From Gemmatimonadota bacterium (GTDB lineage Bacteria > Gemmatimonadota > Gemmatimonadetes > Gemmatimonadales > GWC2-71-9): a stretch of DNA of 64,000 nucleotides. Positions 46,439-56,973 of this stretch are shown here, piece by piece. The translations under genes were made by a program, and so were the position numbers. The notes beneath the pieces were generated by a model that ran no database searches, had not been told where the DNA came from, and was given only the letters and a program-made list of their open reading frames with translations. The first letter of the stretch is position 1, and each line of letters begins with the position of its first letter. Location: contig QHUM01000047.1 of NCBI GenBank assembly GCA_003222135.1, forward strand, positions 272 to 64,271, read 5' to 3'.

Positions 46439-48133
46439 ATGACGCTGGTCCGGCAAGCGAAGCAGTACGACGTGTGCATCATCGGCTCCGGCGCCGGCGG
46501 CGGCATGGCCGCCCATGCGCTCACCCAGGCGGGCGCCGACGTGATCGTGCTCGAGGCGGGCGTCCCGTGGGACAACGCCAAGGACTCGGCGATGCTGACG
46601 TGGCCGTACGAGTCGCCGCGGCGCGGCAAGTCCACCAAGGAGCGGCCGTTCGGCGAGTTCGACGCGTGCATCGGGGGCTGGGAGATCGACGGTGAGCCGT
46701 ACACCCGGGCGGCCGGCACCGAGTTCAACTGGTGGCGGGCCCGCATGGTGGGGGGCCGCACCAATCACTGGGGCCGCATCTCGCTGCGCTTCGGGCCGTA
46801 CGACTTCAAGCGCAAGAGCCGGGACGGGCTGGGCGACGACTGGCCGATCTCCTACGAGGACGTCGCGCCTTACTATGACAAGATCGACCGGCTGATCGGG
46901 GTGTTCGGCAGCAAGGAGAACCTCCCGAACGAGCCCAACGGAGTGTTCCAGCCGCCACCGATGCCTCGCTGCCACGAGCTCCTGGTCAAGCAGGCCGCCG
47001 ACAAGCTCCACGTCACCTGCATTCCCGCGCGGCTCTCGATCCTCACGCGGCCCTTGAACGGCCGGGCCGCGTGTCACTACTGCGGCCAATGCAACCGCGG
47101 CTGCCGTGTGAACGCGAACTTCACCTCCACCAACGTACTGATCGCCCCGGCGCTCGCCACGGGCAAGCTCACCCTCGTGACCAATGCGATGGCGCGCGAG
47201 GTGACGGTGGACAAGAACGGCCGCGCCTCGGGCGTGGCGTACGTCGACAAGACGACCGGAACGGACCAGCACGTGCGCGCCAAGGTCGTGGTGCTGGCCG
47301 CCAGCGCCTTCGAGTCCGCGCGGCTGCTGTTCAACTCCCGGTCGGCACGCTTCCCCAACGGTCTCGCGAACGCGAGCGGCACGGTCGGCAAGTACATCAC
47401 CGACACGACCGGGACGGACGTCGGAGGATTCATTCCCAAAATGATGGACCACGTGCCGCACAACCACGACGGCGTGGGCGGCATGCACCTCTACATGCCG
47501 TGGTGGCTGGAGGACGCGAAGCTCGATTTCCCGCGCGGCTACCACATCGAGGTGTGGGGCGGGACCCACCAACCCGGCTACGGGTTCATGGGCGGGATCC
47601 ACCGCTATCCTCCCGGTGGCGGCTACGGCAGGCAGCTCAAGGACGACTACCGCCGCTATTACGGCGCCACGATCGGCTTCTCGGGCCGCGGCGAGATGAT
47701 CCCGAACGACGACACCTACTGCGAGCTCGACCCGCGCCTGGTGGACCGGTGGGGCATCCCGGTGCTGCGCTTCCACTGGAAGTGGTCGGACCACGAGTAC
47801 AAGCAGGTGAAGCACATGCAGGAGACGTTCCGCGCGCTCATCGCGGAGATGGGCGGCGAGGTGTTCTCCCCCATGCCCACGGCGGAGCGGGGCTACGGCA
47901 TCGCGGCGGGCGGCACCATCATCCACGAGCTCGGCGGCCTGCGCATGGGCGACGACCCGAAGACCTCGGTGCTCAACCGCTGGTGCCAGGCGCACGACTG
48001 CAAGAACCTGTTCGTGACCGACGGCGGGCCGTTCGTATCGCAGGCGGACAAGAACCCGACCTGGACGATTCTCGCCATATCCCTGCGGACGAGCGAGCAT
48101 ATCACGGACCTGATGAAACGGGGAGAGTTGTGA
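46439..48133 (+). CDS. GMC oxidoreductase #2
   Basis: GSGAGGG, GGRTNHWGR, CHYCGQCNRGC, IIHELGG, KNPT. Confidence 0.93.
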   Translation: MTLVRQAKQYDVCIIGSGAGGGMAAHALTQAGADVIVLEAGVPWDNAKDSAMLTWPYESPRRGKSTKERPFGEFDACIGGWEIDGEPYTRAAGTEFNWWRARMVGGRTNHWGRISLRFGPYDFKRKSRDGLGDDWPISYEDVAPYYDKIDRLIGVFGSKENLPNEPNGVFQPPPMPRCHELLVKQAADKLHVTCIPARLSILTRPLNGRAACHYCGQCNRGCRVNANFTSTNVLIAPALATGKLTLVTNAMAREVTVDKNGRASGVAYVDKTTGTDQHVRAKVVVLAASAFESARLLFNSRSARFPNGLANASGTVGKYITDTTGTDVGGFIPKMMDHVPHNHDGVGGMHLYMPWWLEDAKLDFPRGYHIEVWGGTHQPGYGFMGGIHRYPPGGGYGRQLKDDYRRYYGATIGFSGRGEMIPNDDTYCELDPRLVDRWGIPVLRFHWKWSDHEYKQVKHMQETFRALIAEMGGEVFSPMPTAERGYGIAAGGTIIHELGGLRMGDDPKTSVLNRWCQAHDCKNLFVTDGGPFVSQADKNPTWTILAISLRTSEHITDLMKRGEL

Positions 48134-48136
48134 ACG

Positions 48137-48222
48137 ATTGCGGATTGCGGATTGCCGATTGCGGATTGGCAATGCCGAGCTCGACACGTCAAATCCGCAA
48201 TCCGAAATCCGCAATCCGAAAT
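48137..48222. repeat. Heptamer hairpin element, copy 2
   Basis: (ATTGCGG)4...(AATCCG[C/A])4 between GMC #2 and its small subunit. Confidence 0.95.
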
Positions 48223-48232
48223 GGGGGAAGGA

Positions 48233-48823
48233 ATGGATAGACGCTCGGCAGTCACCCTGCTCGCCGTGGCTCCGGTCACCGCGGCGTTCCGCTGGGCTCC
48301 GGAGTCGGTGCGCGAAGCGGCGGCGCTGGCGCGCCAGGCGCTCGAGCACGGCGCGCCGTACGCGCCGAAGAGCTTCACCGCCCACGAATGGGACACGGTG
48401 CGCCTGCTGGTCGATCTCATCATTCCCAAGGACGAGCGCTCGGGGAGCGCCACCGATGCCGGCGTCCCGGAGTTCATGGACTTCATGCTCGGGGACGATC
48501 CCGAGCTGCAGACGCCGATTCGCGGCGGTCTGGCCTGGCTCGATCACGAGTGCGACGACCGCTACGGCAAGACGTTCGTCACCTGCACCGACGCCGAGCG
48601 GACCGCGCTGCTCGACGACGTCGCGTGGCCCAAGAAGGCGAAGCGCGAGCACGCGGCGGGCGTCGCCTTCTTCAACAGCTTCCGCGATCTCACGGCTGCG
48701 GGGTTCTTCTCGAGCAAACTGGGCGTGCAAGACCTGCGCTACATCGGCAACACGTTCCTCGCCGAGTGGAAAGGCTGCCCGCCCGAAGCGCTCGCGAAAC
48801 TCGGGGTGTCCTACGGGGCATGA
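48233..48823 (+). CDS. Gluconate 2-dehydrogenase subunit-3 family #2
   Basis: MDRRSAV Tat-like, IIPKDERSGSA, GFFSSKLG..DL.YIGN. Confidence 0.88.
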   Translation: MDRRSAVTLLAVAPVTAAFRWAPESVREAAALARQALEHGAPYAPKSFTAHEWDTVRLLVDLIIPKDERSGSATDAGVPEFMDFMLGDDPELQTPIRGGLAWLDHECDDRYGKTFVTCTDAERTALLDDVAWPKKAKREHAAGVAFFNSFRDLTAAGFFSSKLGVQDLRYIGNTFLAEWKGCPPEALAKLGVSYGA

Positions 48824-48869
48824 GGCCGGGGAAGGGGAAAAGGCCGGGGAAGGGGGAAGGGCAGACGTA

Positions 48870-50111
48870 ATGACAGCTCGTCGACTCGGCGTCGGGTTCA
48901 TCGGGAGCGGCTTCAACGCGCGGTTCCACCTGCACGCTTTCCAGGCGGTGCGCGACGCGGACGTGCGCGGGGTGTGGAGCCCGACGCGGCAGCGCGCCGA
49001 GGAGACGGCCGCCCTGGCGCGCCAGCTCGACCTCGGGTCTACGAACGCCTACCGCTCCATCGCCGAGATGGTGGCGGACCCGGAGATCGACGCCGTGTGG
49101 CTGTGCGGCCGGAACGACGCGCGCATCGAGAACGTGGAAGAGATCACCGATGCGGTGGTGCGCGGCAAAGCAGAGCTCAAGGGGATCGCGTGCGAGAAAC
49201 CGCTGGCGCGCAACCTCGCCGAGGCACAGCGCGTCGCCGAGCTCGTGACGCAGGCCGGGATTGCCCACGGCTACCTCGAGAACCAGGCGTTCGCCCCGGC
49301 CGTCGCGCACGGACGGGCCATCATCTGGAGCCGCGGCGCGGCGCTGACCGGCCGCCCCTACCTCGCCCGTGCCGCCGAGGAGCACAGCGGGCCCCACATG
49401 CCGTGGTTCTGGCAGGGACAGCTGCAGGGCGGCGGCGTGCTGAACGACATGATGTGCCATTCGGCGCTGGTGGTGCGTCACCTGCTGACCAAGCCGGGGG
49501 CGCCGCTCTCGACGGTGCGCCCGGTGCACGTGACCGGGCACATCGCGAGCCTGAAGTGGAGTCTCCCCGAGTACGCGAAGCGGCTGCAGCAGCGGATGGG
49601 CCAAGAGGTGGACTATACCAAGCGCCCGTCGGAGGACTTCGCCAGCCTCATGATCGAGTTCGAGACGGACGACGGCGCGACCGTGCTGGGAGAGGCGACG
49701 ACGTCGTGGAGCTTCGTGGGCGCGGGGCTGCGCCTCTCGGCCGAGCTGCTCGGTCCCGAATACTCGATGTCGTGGAACACGCTGGACAGCCCGCTCAAGC
49801 TCTTCTTCAGCCGCGAGGTGAAGGGCAAGGCCGGTGAGGACCTGGTCGAGAAGCAGAACGCCGAGATCGGCTTGATGCCCGTGGTGGCGAGCGAGCCGGC
49901 CGCCTACGGCTACGAAGCCGAGGACCGGCATTTCGTGAGAGTGTTCCTGGGCTGCGCGCAGCCCGAGCTGACGTTCGACGACGGCGTCGAGGTGGTGAAG
50001 CTGCTGATGACGGCCTACATGAGCGCCGAGCAGGGGAAGACGCTGGCCTTTCCCCCGGACGGCTTGGAGCAATTCGTGCCGGCGGTGGCGAGGGGGACAT
50101 GGAAACCATGA
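48870..50111 (+). CDS. Gfo/Idh/MocA oxidoreductase
   Basis: FIGSG, ACEKPL, GGGVLNDMMCH. Confidence 0.9.
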   Translation: MTARRLGVGFIGSGFNARFHLHAFQAVRDADVRGVWSPTRQRAEETAALARQLDLGSTNAYRSIAEMVADPEIDAVWLCGRNDARIENVEEITDAVVRGKAELKGIACEKPLARNLAEAQRVAELVTQAGIAHGYLENQAFAPAVAHGRAIIWSRGAALTGRPYLARAAEEHSGPHMPWFWQGQLQGGGVLNDMMCHSALVVRHLLTKPGAPLSTVRPVHVTGHIASLKWSLPEYAKRLQQRMGQEVDYTKRPSEDFASLMIEFETDDGATVLGEATTSWSFVGAGLRLSAELLGPEYSMSWNTLDSPLKLFFSREVKGKAGEDLVEKQNAEIGLMPVVASEPAAYGYEAEDRHFVRVFLGCAQPELTFDDGVEVVKLLMTAYMSAEQGKTLAFPPDGLEQFVPAVARGTWKP

Positions 50112-50935
50112 ACCAATTGCGGATTGTGGATTGCGGATTGCGGATTGGAAAAGCGGCCGTCAAATCCGCAATCCGAAATCCGCAATCCGCAATCGCGTCA
50201 GTGGCGCTCCTGGCGCTGGTGTGCGGTCCCGCGCGCTCGCCCGCCCAGCAATGGCCCGTCCACTCCCTCGACCGCCCCCGTCCCCCGGTCATCGACCCGG
50301 GCCCCGAGCGACCCCCGGTGCCGCCGCCCTCCGACGCGATCGTGCTGTTCGACGGCCGGGATCTCGGGGCGTGGCAGTCGCAAGACAGCACCCCCGCGAA
50401 ATGGGTCGTGCGGAACGGGTACGTCGAGGTCGCGCCCCACACCGGCGTGATCATGACGAAGCGCGGCTTCGGTGACTTCCAGCTGCACGTCGAGTGGGCC
50501 GCGCCCACGCCGCCCAAAGGCGAGAGTCAGGAGCGCGGCAACAGCGGCGTCTTCCTGATGGGCCACTACGAGATTCAGGTGCTGGACACCTACCACAACG
50601 ACACCTACGCCGATGGTCAGGCCGCGGCGGTGTACGGGCAGACGCCCCCGCTCGTCAACGCGTGCCGTCCCCCCGGCCAATGGCAGGCGTACGACATCGT
50701 GTTTCACCGGCCGCACTTCGCGGCCGACGGCTCGGTGCGGGACTCCGCCCGCGTCACCGTATTCCACAACGGGGTCCTCGCGCAGGACAACACGGTCATC
50801 ACGGGCTGGACGGTGCACGGGAGCCGGGCCCATTACCAGCCGCACCCGGACAAACTGCCGCTCGTGCTGCAGGATCACGGCAATCCGGTCCGCTATCGCG
50901 ACATCTGGGTGCGCGAGCTCGGCGGCTCGCCTTAG
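50108..50935 (+). CDS. DUF1080 (3-keto-disaccharide hydrolase/lyase) #1
   Basis: LFDGRDL, FGDFQLHVEW, GNSGV, YEIQVLD, LQDHG..VRYRDIW. Confidence 0.92.
   Translation: MNQLRIVDCGLRIGKAAVKSAIRNPQSAIASVALLALVCGPARSPAQQWPVHSLDRPRPPVIDPGPERPPVPPPSDAIVLFDGRDLGAWQSQDSTPAKWVVRNGYVEVAPHTGVIMTKRGFGDFQLHVEWAAPTPPKGESQERGNSGVFLMGHYEIQVLDTYHNDTYADGQAAAVYGQTPPLVNACRPPGQWQAYDIVFHRPHFAADGSVRDSARVTVFHNGVLAQDNTVITGWTVHGSRAHYQPHPDKLPLVLQDHGNPVRYRDIWVRELGGSP
50116..50193. repeat. Heptamer hairpin element, copy 3
   Basis: Translated as LRIVDCGLRI...SAIRNPQSAI before the signal h-region. Confidence 0.95.
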
Positions 50936-50949
50936 CACGACGCCAACCC

Positions 50950-52551
50950 ATGATCACGCTCTCGACCCTGCTCCTGGTCCTGGCCGCGGACTCCGCGATT
51001 TCCGTCATCCCCCGCCCGGTGCATGTCACACCCGGACCGGGGGCGTTCGTCGTGACTGGCACGACGGTGATCGTCACCGACCGCGCCACGCGCCCGCTGG
51101 GCGAGCTGCTGGGCGATTACCTCTTCCCCGCCACCGGCCTGCGGCTCGCCGTCCGCGCGGCGGCGCCGGCCGGCGCGCGCGTGATCACGCTCCGGCTCGA
51201 CCCGGCGCTGACGGGCCTCGGCGCGGAGGGGTACCGGCTGGACGTCACACCGGGTCGCATCACGATCCGCGCGCCGCAGCCGGCAGGGGCGTTCTACGCG
51301 GTCCAGACCCTGCGCCAGCTGCTCCCGGCGGCCATCTTCCGCCAGGCGCGGGTGCCGACCGCCGTCTGGACGATTCCCGCCGTATCCATCGAGGACTTCC
51401 CGCGGTTCCGGTGGAGGGGCATACACCTGGACGTGGCGCGCCACTTCATGCCGAAGGAGTTCGTGAAGAAGCTCGTCGATCTCGCCGCGCTCCATAAGCT
51501 CAACCGGGTGCACCTGCACCTGACCGACGACCAGGGCTGGCGGATTGAGATCCGCCAGTACCCACGGCTCACCCAGGTAGGCGCGTGGCGGCGTCAGACG
51601 ATCATCGGGCACTCCGACCGTGACTCGACCAAGTGGCGCTTCGACGGCCAGCCGCATGGCGGCTTTTACACCCAGGACGACATCGCGGAGCTGGTCGCGT
51701 ATGCGCAGGCCCGGTTCGTCACGCTCGTGCCGGAGATCGAGATGCCGGGCCATTCCCAGGCGGCAATCGCCTCGTATCCCGAGCTGGGCAACAAGCCCGA
51801 CACACTTCCCGTCTGGACGGCCTGGGGTGTGGACGAAAACATCCTCAACCCGTCAGACGCGACGATCCGGTTCGAGCAAAACGTCCTCACCGAAGTGATG
51901 GCCCTGTTCCCCGGGCGCTGGATCCACATCGGCGGCGACGAAGCGCCCAAGACCCAATGGAAGGCGAGCCCGCTCGCGCAGGCCAGGATCCGCGAGCTCG
52001 GTCTCAAAGACGAGGACGAGTTGCAGAGCTACTTCACGCGCCGCATGGATGAGTTCCTCACGGCGCACGGTCGCTCGCTCGTGGGCTGGGACGAGATCCT
52101 CGAGGGCGGTCTCGCGCCCAACGCGGTCGTCATGTCGTGGCGCGGGATAGACGGCGGCATCGCGGCCGCGCGCGCCGGGCACGACGTGGTGATGACACCC
52201 GGGTCGCATACCTACTTCGACTACTATCAGTCCGCCGACACGACTACCGAGCCACTGGCGATCGGGGGGTTTCTGCCGCTCGACACGGTGTACGCCTACG
52301 AGCCGGTCCCGGCGGCCCTGACGCCGGACGAAGCGCGCCACGTGCTGGGCGCGCAGGGCCAGCTGTGGACCGAATACATCCCCGACCCGAAACGGGCGGA
52401 GTACATGGCGTTCCCGCGGGCGTGCGCGCTCGCGGAGGTGCTGTGGACGCCGCGCGAGGCAAAGAGCTACCCGGACTTCCTGGCACGGCTCGCCACGCAT
52501 CTCGCGCGGCTCGCCGTGCTGGACGTGAATTACCACCCGCTCAAGAACTAG
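50950..52551 (+). CDS. GH20 beta-N-acetylhexosaminidase
   Basis: HLDVARHF, HLTDDQGWR, PEIEMPGH, HIGGDE, LWTE. Confidence 0.95.
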   Translation: MITLSTLLLVLAADSAISVIPRPVHVTPGPGAFVVTGTTVIVTDRATRPLGELLGDYLFPATGLRLAVRAAAPAGARVITLRLDPALTGLGAEGYRLDVTPGRITIRAPQPAGAFYAVQTLRQLLPAAIFRQARVPTAVWTIPAVSIEDFPRFRWRGIHLDVARHFMPKEFVKKLVDLAALHKLNRVHLHLTDDQGWRIEIRQYPRLTQVGAWRRQTIIGHSDRDSTKWRFDGQPHGGFYTQDDIAELVAYAQARFVTLVPEIEMPGHSQAAIASYPELGNKPDTLPVWTAWGVDENILNPSDATIRFEQNVLTEVMALFPGRWIHIGGDEAPKTQWKASPLAQARIRELGLKDEDELQSYFTRRMDEFLTAHGRSLVGWDEILEGGLAPNAVVMSWRGIDGGIAAARAGHDVVMTPGSHTYFDYYQSADTTTEPLAIGGFLPLDTVYAYEPVPAALTPDEARHVLGAQGQLWTEYIPDPKRAEYMAFPRACALAEVLWTPREAKSYPDFLARLATHLARLAVLDVNYHPLKN

Positions 52552-52579
52552 AGCCCTCGACACCAGGGAGAAGGCTTCC

Positions 52580-53773
52580 GTGCACTCGCGTCTCGCCAAG
52601 CCATTGCTCGCCGTGCTGCTCATCGCCCCGGTCGTGGCGCCGGGTCCGGGCCGCGCCGCCCGGGCCGCCCGGGCCGCCCTCGACAACGGGCTCGCACGTA
52701 CGCCCCCGATGGGGTGGAACAGCTGGAACCATTTCGGCTGCAACGTGAGCGAGCAGCTGATCAAGGAGGCGGCGGACGCGATCGTGGCCAGCGGCATGCG
52801 CGACGCCGGCTACCGCTACGTGGTGATCGACGACTGCTGGGAGGTGGCGCGCGACGCCGCCGGTGCCTTGGTCGCCGACTCGGCCCGCTTCCCGCACGGC
52901 ATCAAGGCGCTGGCGGATTACGTCCACGCCAAAGGACTGGGGTTCGGGATCTACACCGACGCGGGGACCAACACGTGTCAGCGCCGGCCCGGGACCTACG
53001 GTCACGAGGAGCAGGATGCGCGCACGTTCGCCGCCTGGGGCGTGGACTACGTCAAGGAGGACTGGTGTCACGCGGAGGGGCTCGACGCGCCCACGCAGTA
53101 CGCCAAGTTCCGCGACGCCCTCGCCAAAGCGGGCCGGCCGATCGTCTTCAGCATCTGCGAATGGGGGTCGAATGAGCCATGGGCGTGGGCGCCCCAGATC
53201 GGCAACCTGTGGCGGACCACCGGCGACATCCGGGACAAGTGGTCGTCCATGCTCTCCCTGCTCGATCTCTCGTCGCAGCACGCCAGCGTCGCGCGGCCGG
53301 GCGCGTGGAACGACCCCGACATGCTCGAGGTGGGGAACGGCGGCATGACGGACGGCGAGTACCGCGCCCACTTCAGCCTGTGGGCCATCATGGCCGCGCC
53401 GCTCATGGCCGGGAACGACGTGCGGGCCATGTCCCCCGCCACGCGCGACATCCTGACGAACGCCGAGGTGATCAGCGTGGATCAGGACTCGCTCGGGGTG
53501 CAGGGGATGCTCGTGCGGGAAGGACCGCCCGAGCTCCAGGCGTGGGCGAAGCCGCTGAAGGACGGCGCGCGCGCGGTGGCGCTGCTCAACCGGGGGGACA
53601 CGGCGGCCAAGATCACCGCGCGCTTCGACCGGCTCGGGCTGCACACCGATTCCGCGACCGTGCGAGACCTGTGGGCGCGGGCCGATCGAGGTGCGTTCAA
53701 GCGCGAGTACGCCGCGACGGTGGCGGCACACGGCGTGGCCATGCTGCGCGTCACGCCGATCCGAGCGAAGTAG
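52580..53773 (+). CDS. GH27 alpha-galactosidase
   Basis: TPPMGWNSWN, IDDCW, DYVKEDWC, WNDPDMLEVG; signal peptide. Confidence 0.95.
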   Translation: MHSRLAKPLLAVLLIAPVVAPGPGRAARAARAALDNGLARTPPMGWNSWNHFGCNVSEQLIKEAADAIVASGMRDAGYRYVVIDDCWEVARDAAGALVADSARFPHGIKALADYVHAKGLGFGIYTDAGTNTCQRRPGTYGHEEQDARTFAAWGVDYVKEDWCHAEGLDAPTQYAKFRDALAKAGRPIVFSICEWGSNEPWAWAPQIGNLWRTTGDIRDKWSSMLSLLDLSSQHASVARPGAWNDPDMLEVGNGGMTDGEYRAHFSLWAIMAAPLMAGNDVRAMSPATRDILTNAEVISVDQDSLGVQGMLVREGPPELQAWAKPLKDGARAVALLNRGDTAAKITARFDRLGLHTDSATVRDLWARADRGAFKREYAATVAAHGVAMLRVTPIRAK

Positions 53774-53800
53774 TCCCGCGGGACCCTGGGAGACCGTCGC

Positions 53801-55636
53801 ATGACGACGCTGCACTGGATCGATTACGCCATCATGCTGCTGTACTTCGCGTTCGTGCTCGGCATCGGAGCGATGCTGCGGCGCTACGTGCACACGAGCG
53901 AGGACTTCTTCCTCTCGGGCCGCTCGATCCCCGCCTGGGTGACCGGTCTCGCGTTCATCTCGGCGAACCTGGGCGCACAGGAAGTGATCGGGATGGGTGC
54001 CTCGGGCGCCAAGTACGGGATCGCGACGAGTCACTTTTACTGGGTGGGCGCGATCCCGGCCATGGTGTTCGTGGGGCTCTTCATGATGCCGTTCTACTAC
54101 GGCTCGCGCGCCCGGTCCGTCCCCGAATATCTGAAGCTGCGGTTCGACGAGAAGACGCGGGCGGTGAACGCCGTCTCGTTCGCCGTCATGACGGTGTTCT
54201 CGTCCGGCATCTCGCTGTATGCGATGGGGAAGCTGCTCAATCTGCTGCTGGGATGGAGCTTCGACGCCAGCATCCTCGTCGCGGGGGGCATCGTGCTCGG
54301 CTACATCTTCCTCGGCGGCCTGACGAGCGCCATCTACAACGAGGTGCTGCAGTTCTTCCTCATCGTGTTCGGCTTCGCCCCGCTCGTGTTCCTCGGGCTG
54401 CGGGACGTGGGCGGGTGGGCGGGGCTCTCCGCGCGGCTTGCCGGCGTCGCCACCAGCAACGGCTACGCGGCGGGCGCCTACACGCGGAGCTGGGCGTTCA
54501 TGGGAAGCGCGTCCGCGAACCCCGTCGGCGTCGAGTGGTTCGGCCTCGTCATGGGCCTCGGGTTCGTGCTGTCGTTCGGGTACTGGTGCACGGACTTCCT
54601 CGTCGTGCAACGCGCCATGGCGGCGAACTCGATGACGGCGGCGCGGCGCACGCCGCTCATCGCCGCGCTCCCCAAGATGCTGTTTCCCTTCCTCGTGATT
54701 CTTCCCGGCATGCTCGCTCTGGTCGTGAGCTCCACCGCCGTGCGGTCGACGAGCGTCCCGGCGCCGGGTGCGCCCGCGGTGGCCAGTGCCGCCGCCGCGG
54801 CGACGGTCGCTCCGGCGAATCCGGTCCCGGAGCGCCGGGAGGGGATCGTGCCGCCCAAGCTCGACCCGCGCACCGGCGAGCCGCTGCGCGACGCCCGCGG
54901 CCGCGTGGTGCTCGACTACGATCTCGCCACGCCGATGATGCTGATGCACTTCTTCCCGGCGGGCCTGCTCGGGCTGGGGCTCACGGCGCTGCTGGCGTCG
55001 TTCATGTCGGGGATGGCCGGGAACGTGACGGCCTTCAATACCGTGTGGACCTACGACCTGTACCAGAGCTATATCCGGCGGGGGGCGCCGGACTCGCACT
55101 ACCTCGCGATGGGCCGGTTCGCGACGGTGTTCGGGGTGGCCATCTCTATCGTGGCGGCGTACGTGGCGGCGTCGTTCAACAACATCATGGACTTCCTGCA
55201 GCTCGTGTTCGCGTTCGTGAACGCGCCGCTGTTCGCCACGTTCGCGCTGGGGATGTTCTGGCCGCGGGCCACCGGCCACGGGGCCTTCACCGGCCTCGTC
55301 TCCGGCATCCTCGCCGCGGCCGTGCACCACGGGATGTCGCTCCCCGCCGGCGCGCACGTCGGCGTCAAGGGCGGGTATTTCGGCGTGGTGACGACGTACC
55401 CGAGCGAGCTGGCCCAAACGTTCTGGACCGCGATCGCGGCGTGGGTCACGTGCTTCGTCGTGACCATCGTCGTCAGCCTGCTGACGCGACCCCGGCCGGC
55501 GGAGCAACTGCACGGCCTGGTGTACGGGCTGACGCCCAAACCCACCGACGACGTGAAGCGGTGGTACGAGCGCCCCGGCCCACTGGCCGTGATCGTGTTG
55601 ACCCTGACGGTCGCTTTGAACCTGATCTTTTTTTAG
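53801..55636 (+). CDS. Sodium:solute symporter (sugar)
   Basis: DFFLSGR, SANLGA, YWCTDFLVVQR, many TMs. Confidence 0.93.
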   Translation: MTTLHWIDYAIMLLYFAFVLGIGAMLRRYVHTSEDFFLSGRSIPAWVTGLAFISANLGAQEVIGMGASGAKYGIATSHFYWVGAIPAMVFVGLFMMPFYYGSRARSVPEYLKLRFDEKTRAVNAVSFAVMTVFSSGISLYAMGKLLNLLLGWSFDASILVAGGIVLGYIFLGGLTSAIYNEVLQFFLIVFGFAPLVFLGLRDVGGWAGLSARLAGVATSNGYAAGAYTRSWAFMGSASANPVGVEWFGLVMGLGFVLSFGYWCTDFLVVQRAMAANSMTAARRTPLIAALPKMLFPFLVILPGMLALVVSSTAVRSTSVPAPGAPAVASAAAAATVAPANPVPERREGIVPPKLDPRTGEPLRDARGRVVLDYDLATPMMLMHFFPAGLLGLGLTALLASFMSGMAGNVTAFNTVWTYDLYQSYIRRGAPDSHYLAMGRFATVFGVAISIVAAYVAASFNNIMDFLQLVFAFVNAPLFATFALGMFWPRATGHGAFTGLVSGILAAAVHHGMSLPAGAHVGVKGGYFGVVTTYPSELAQTFWTAIAAWVTCFVVTIVVSLLTRPRPAEQLHGLVYGLTPKPTDDVKRWYERPGPLAVIVLTLTVALNLIFF

Positions 55637-55653
55637 GGCGGAAGGGGCGCGGC

Positions 55654-55860
55654 GTGGGAATCGACCTGCGGATGCCGCTGGGCGCGTTGTTCGGCGTGCT
55701 GGGCCTGCTGCTCACTCTGTACGGCGCCGCGACGCGCGGCCAGCCGGGCACTGAGCCGACGGGCGTACCGGTCAACCTGATCTGGGGCGTCGTCCTCCTC
55801 GCGTTCGGGCTGTGGATGCTGTTGCTTGCCCGCCGCGCGCGACAGGCGTCCAAGATGTAG
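55654..55860 (+). CDS. Small two-TM SSS partner protein
   Basis: DLRMPLGALF...NLIWG..L.FG pattern directly downstream of the SSS gene. Confidence 0.75.
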   Translation: MGIDLRMPLGALFGVLGLLLTLYGAATRGQPGTEPTGVPVNLIWGVVLLAFGLWMLLLARRARQASKM

Positions 55861-55897
55861 CTTGCTCGATGGGGATCACTTCGGAGGAGAATACCAC

Positions 55898-56476
55898 ATG
55901 AAGCTTCTCACACTCGCGCTGGCCGTGCCGCTCCTAGCCGCCGCCGCCCCAAGAGCGGGCGCGCAGGAGGCGCCCAAGGGCCCGGAGCCGCTCCAGGTCG
56001 GAGTGGCCGCACCCGACTTCGCGCTCCCGGGCGCGACGCGCTACGGCGTGCTCAGGAATCCGATCCACTTGAGCGATTTCAAGGGGAAGACGGTCGTCCT
56101 CGCCTTCTTCTATAAGGCGCGAACCAAAGGCTGAACGATCCAAATGCATGCGTACCGTGATCAGTACGCACAGTTGTTTCACGACGGCCGCAACGTGGTG
56201 CTCATCGCCATCAGCGTGGATCCCGCCGACACGCTCGCCGCGTGGGCTCGGGACGACGAGTTCCAGTATCTGTTCGCGAGCGATACCGGGGGCGTCATCG
56301 GCAAGACGTACGGCGCCACCAATCCGAAGTACGGGCTCGACAACCGCACCCTGTTCGTGGTCGGCCCCGACGGGAAGATCGCGTATCGGGCGACGCCGTT
56401 CCGGGAGATCGACCCGACGGCGTACAAGGAGCTGGGCGCGGCGATCGACCGGGTGGCGCCTAAGCCGGCGGAATAG
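55898..56476 (+). CDS. Exported peroxiredoxin (Bcp/PrxQ-like) with in-frame UGA (probable selenocysteine) at codon 79
   Basis: Two ORF-track pieces are in the same frame; FFYKARTKG-TGA-TIQM aligns with FYPxxxTxGCTxE; APDF, ISVD, RTLFVVGPDGKI; GGAGGA RBS; signal peptide. Confidence 0.85.
56149..56170 (+). promoter_or_regulatory. Putative bacterial SECIS hairpin
   Basis: TGCGTAC-cgtgatca-GTACGCA 7-bp stem starting 15 nt after the UGA, with G in the loop. Confidence 0.65.
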
Positions 56477-56971
56477 TCAGTCCCCGAGCAGCCGCCGCAG
56501 CACCGCGGCGATGTCCTGCTCGGCGCCGGCGCCGGTGTACACGACTTTGCCGGCGCGATCGAGCACGACGATGTAAGAGGTCGTGGGCGCCTGATACGCC
56601 CGCACCGCCGCTCCGTTCGCATCGTACAGCACGGGGAACGGCAGCGGGGCCGCTGCGAGGTGGCGCTTGATCGACGCCGGGGTCTCGTTCACGCCGACGC
56701 CGACGGCGAGGAACGTCACGTTAGCGCCGTACTTGGCATGCGCCGCCTTGAGCGACGGCTCGAGCGCCTTGCACAGCGGGCACCACGTAGCCCAGAACTC
56801 GAGCAGCACGGGCTGCTTCCCCACGTACTGCCCCAGGTCCACCACCTTGCCATCGAGATCGGCGAGCGTCACGGCGGGCCCCGTGGTTCCGAGGGGTAGC
56901 CCCACGTCCTGCCCGGCCAGCGCCACCGGGAGGGCGAGGAGACAGCCAGTCGCCAGAGCCAGCAATCGCAT
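56477..56971 (-). CDS. TlpA family thiol:disulfide oxidoreductase
   Basis: Signal peptide, FWATWCPLC, APT (cis-Pro), LDRAGKV. Confidence 0.92.
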   Translation of the reverse strand: MRLLALATGCLLALPVALAGQDVGLPLGTTGPAVTLADLDGKVVDLGQYVGKQPVLLEFWATWCPLCKALEPSLKAAHAKYGANVTFLAVGVGVNETPASIKRHLAAAPLPFPVLYDANGAAVRAYQAPTTSYIVVLDRAGKVVYTGAGAEQDIAAVLRRLLGD

Positions 56972-56973
56972 CG

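Noticed and set aside
52541-55513. 990-aa minus-strand ORF (and the 893-aa alternative-frame ORF 53179-55860)
   Set aside because: Shadows of GH27 and SSS; only the last 68 codons of the 893-aa ORF look like a real gene
55826-56476. Two separate small ORFs or a pseudogene call for the redoxin
   Set aside because: Same frame, stop at the catalytic position and a SECIS-like hairpin favour one selenoprotein
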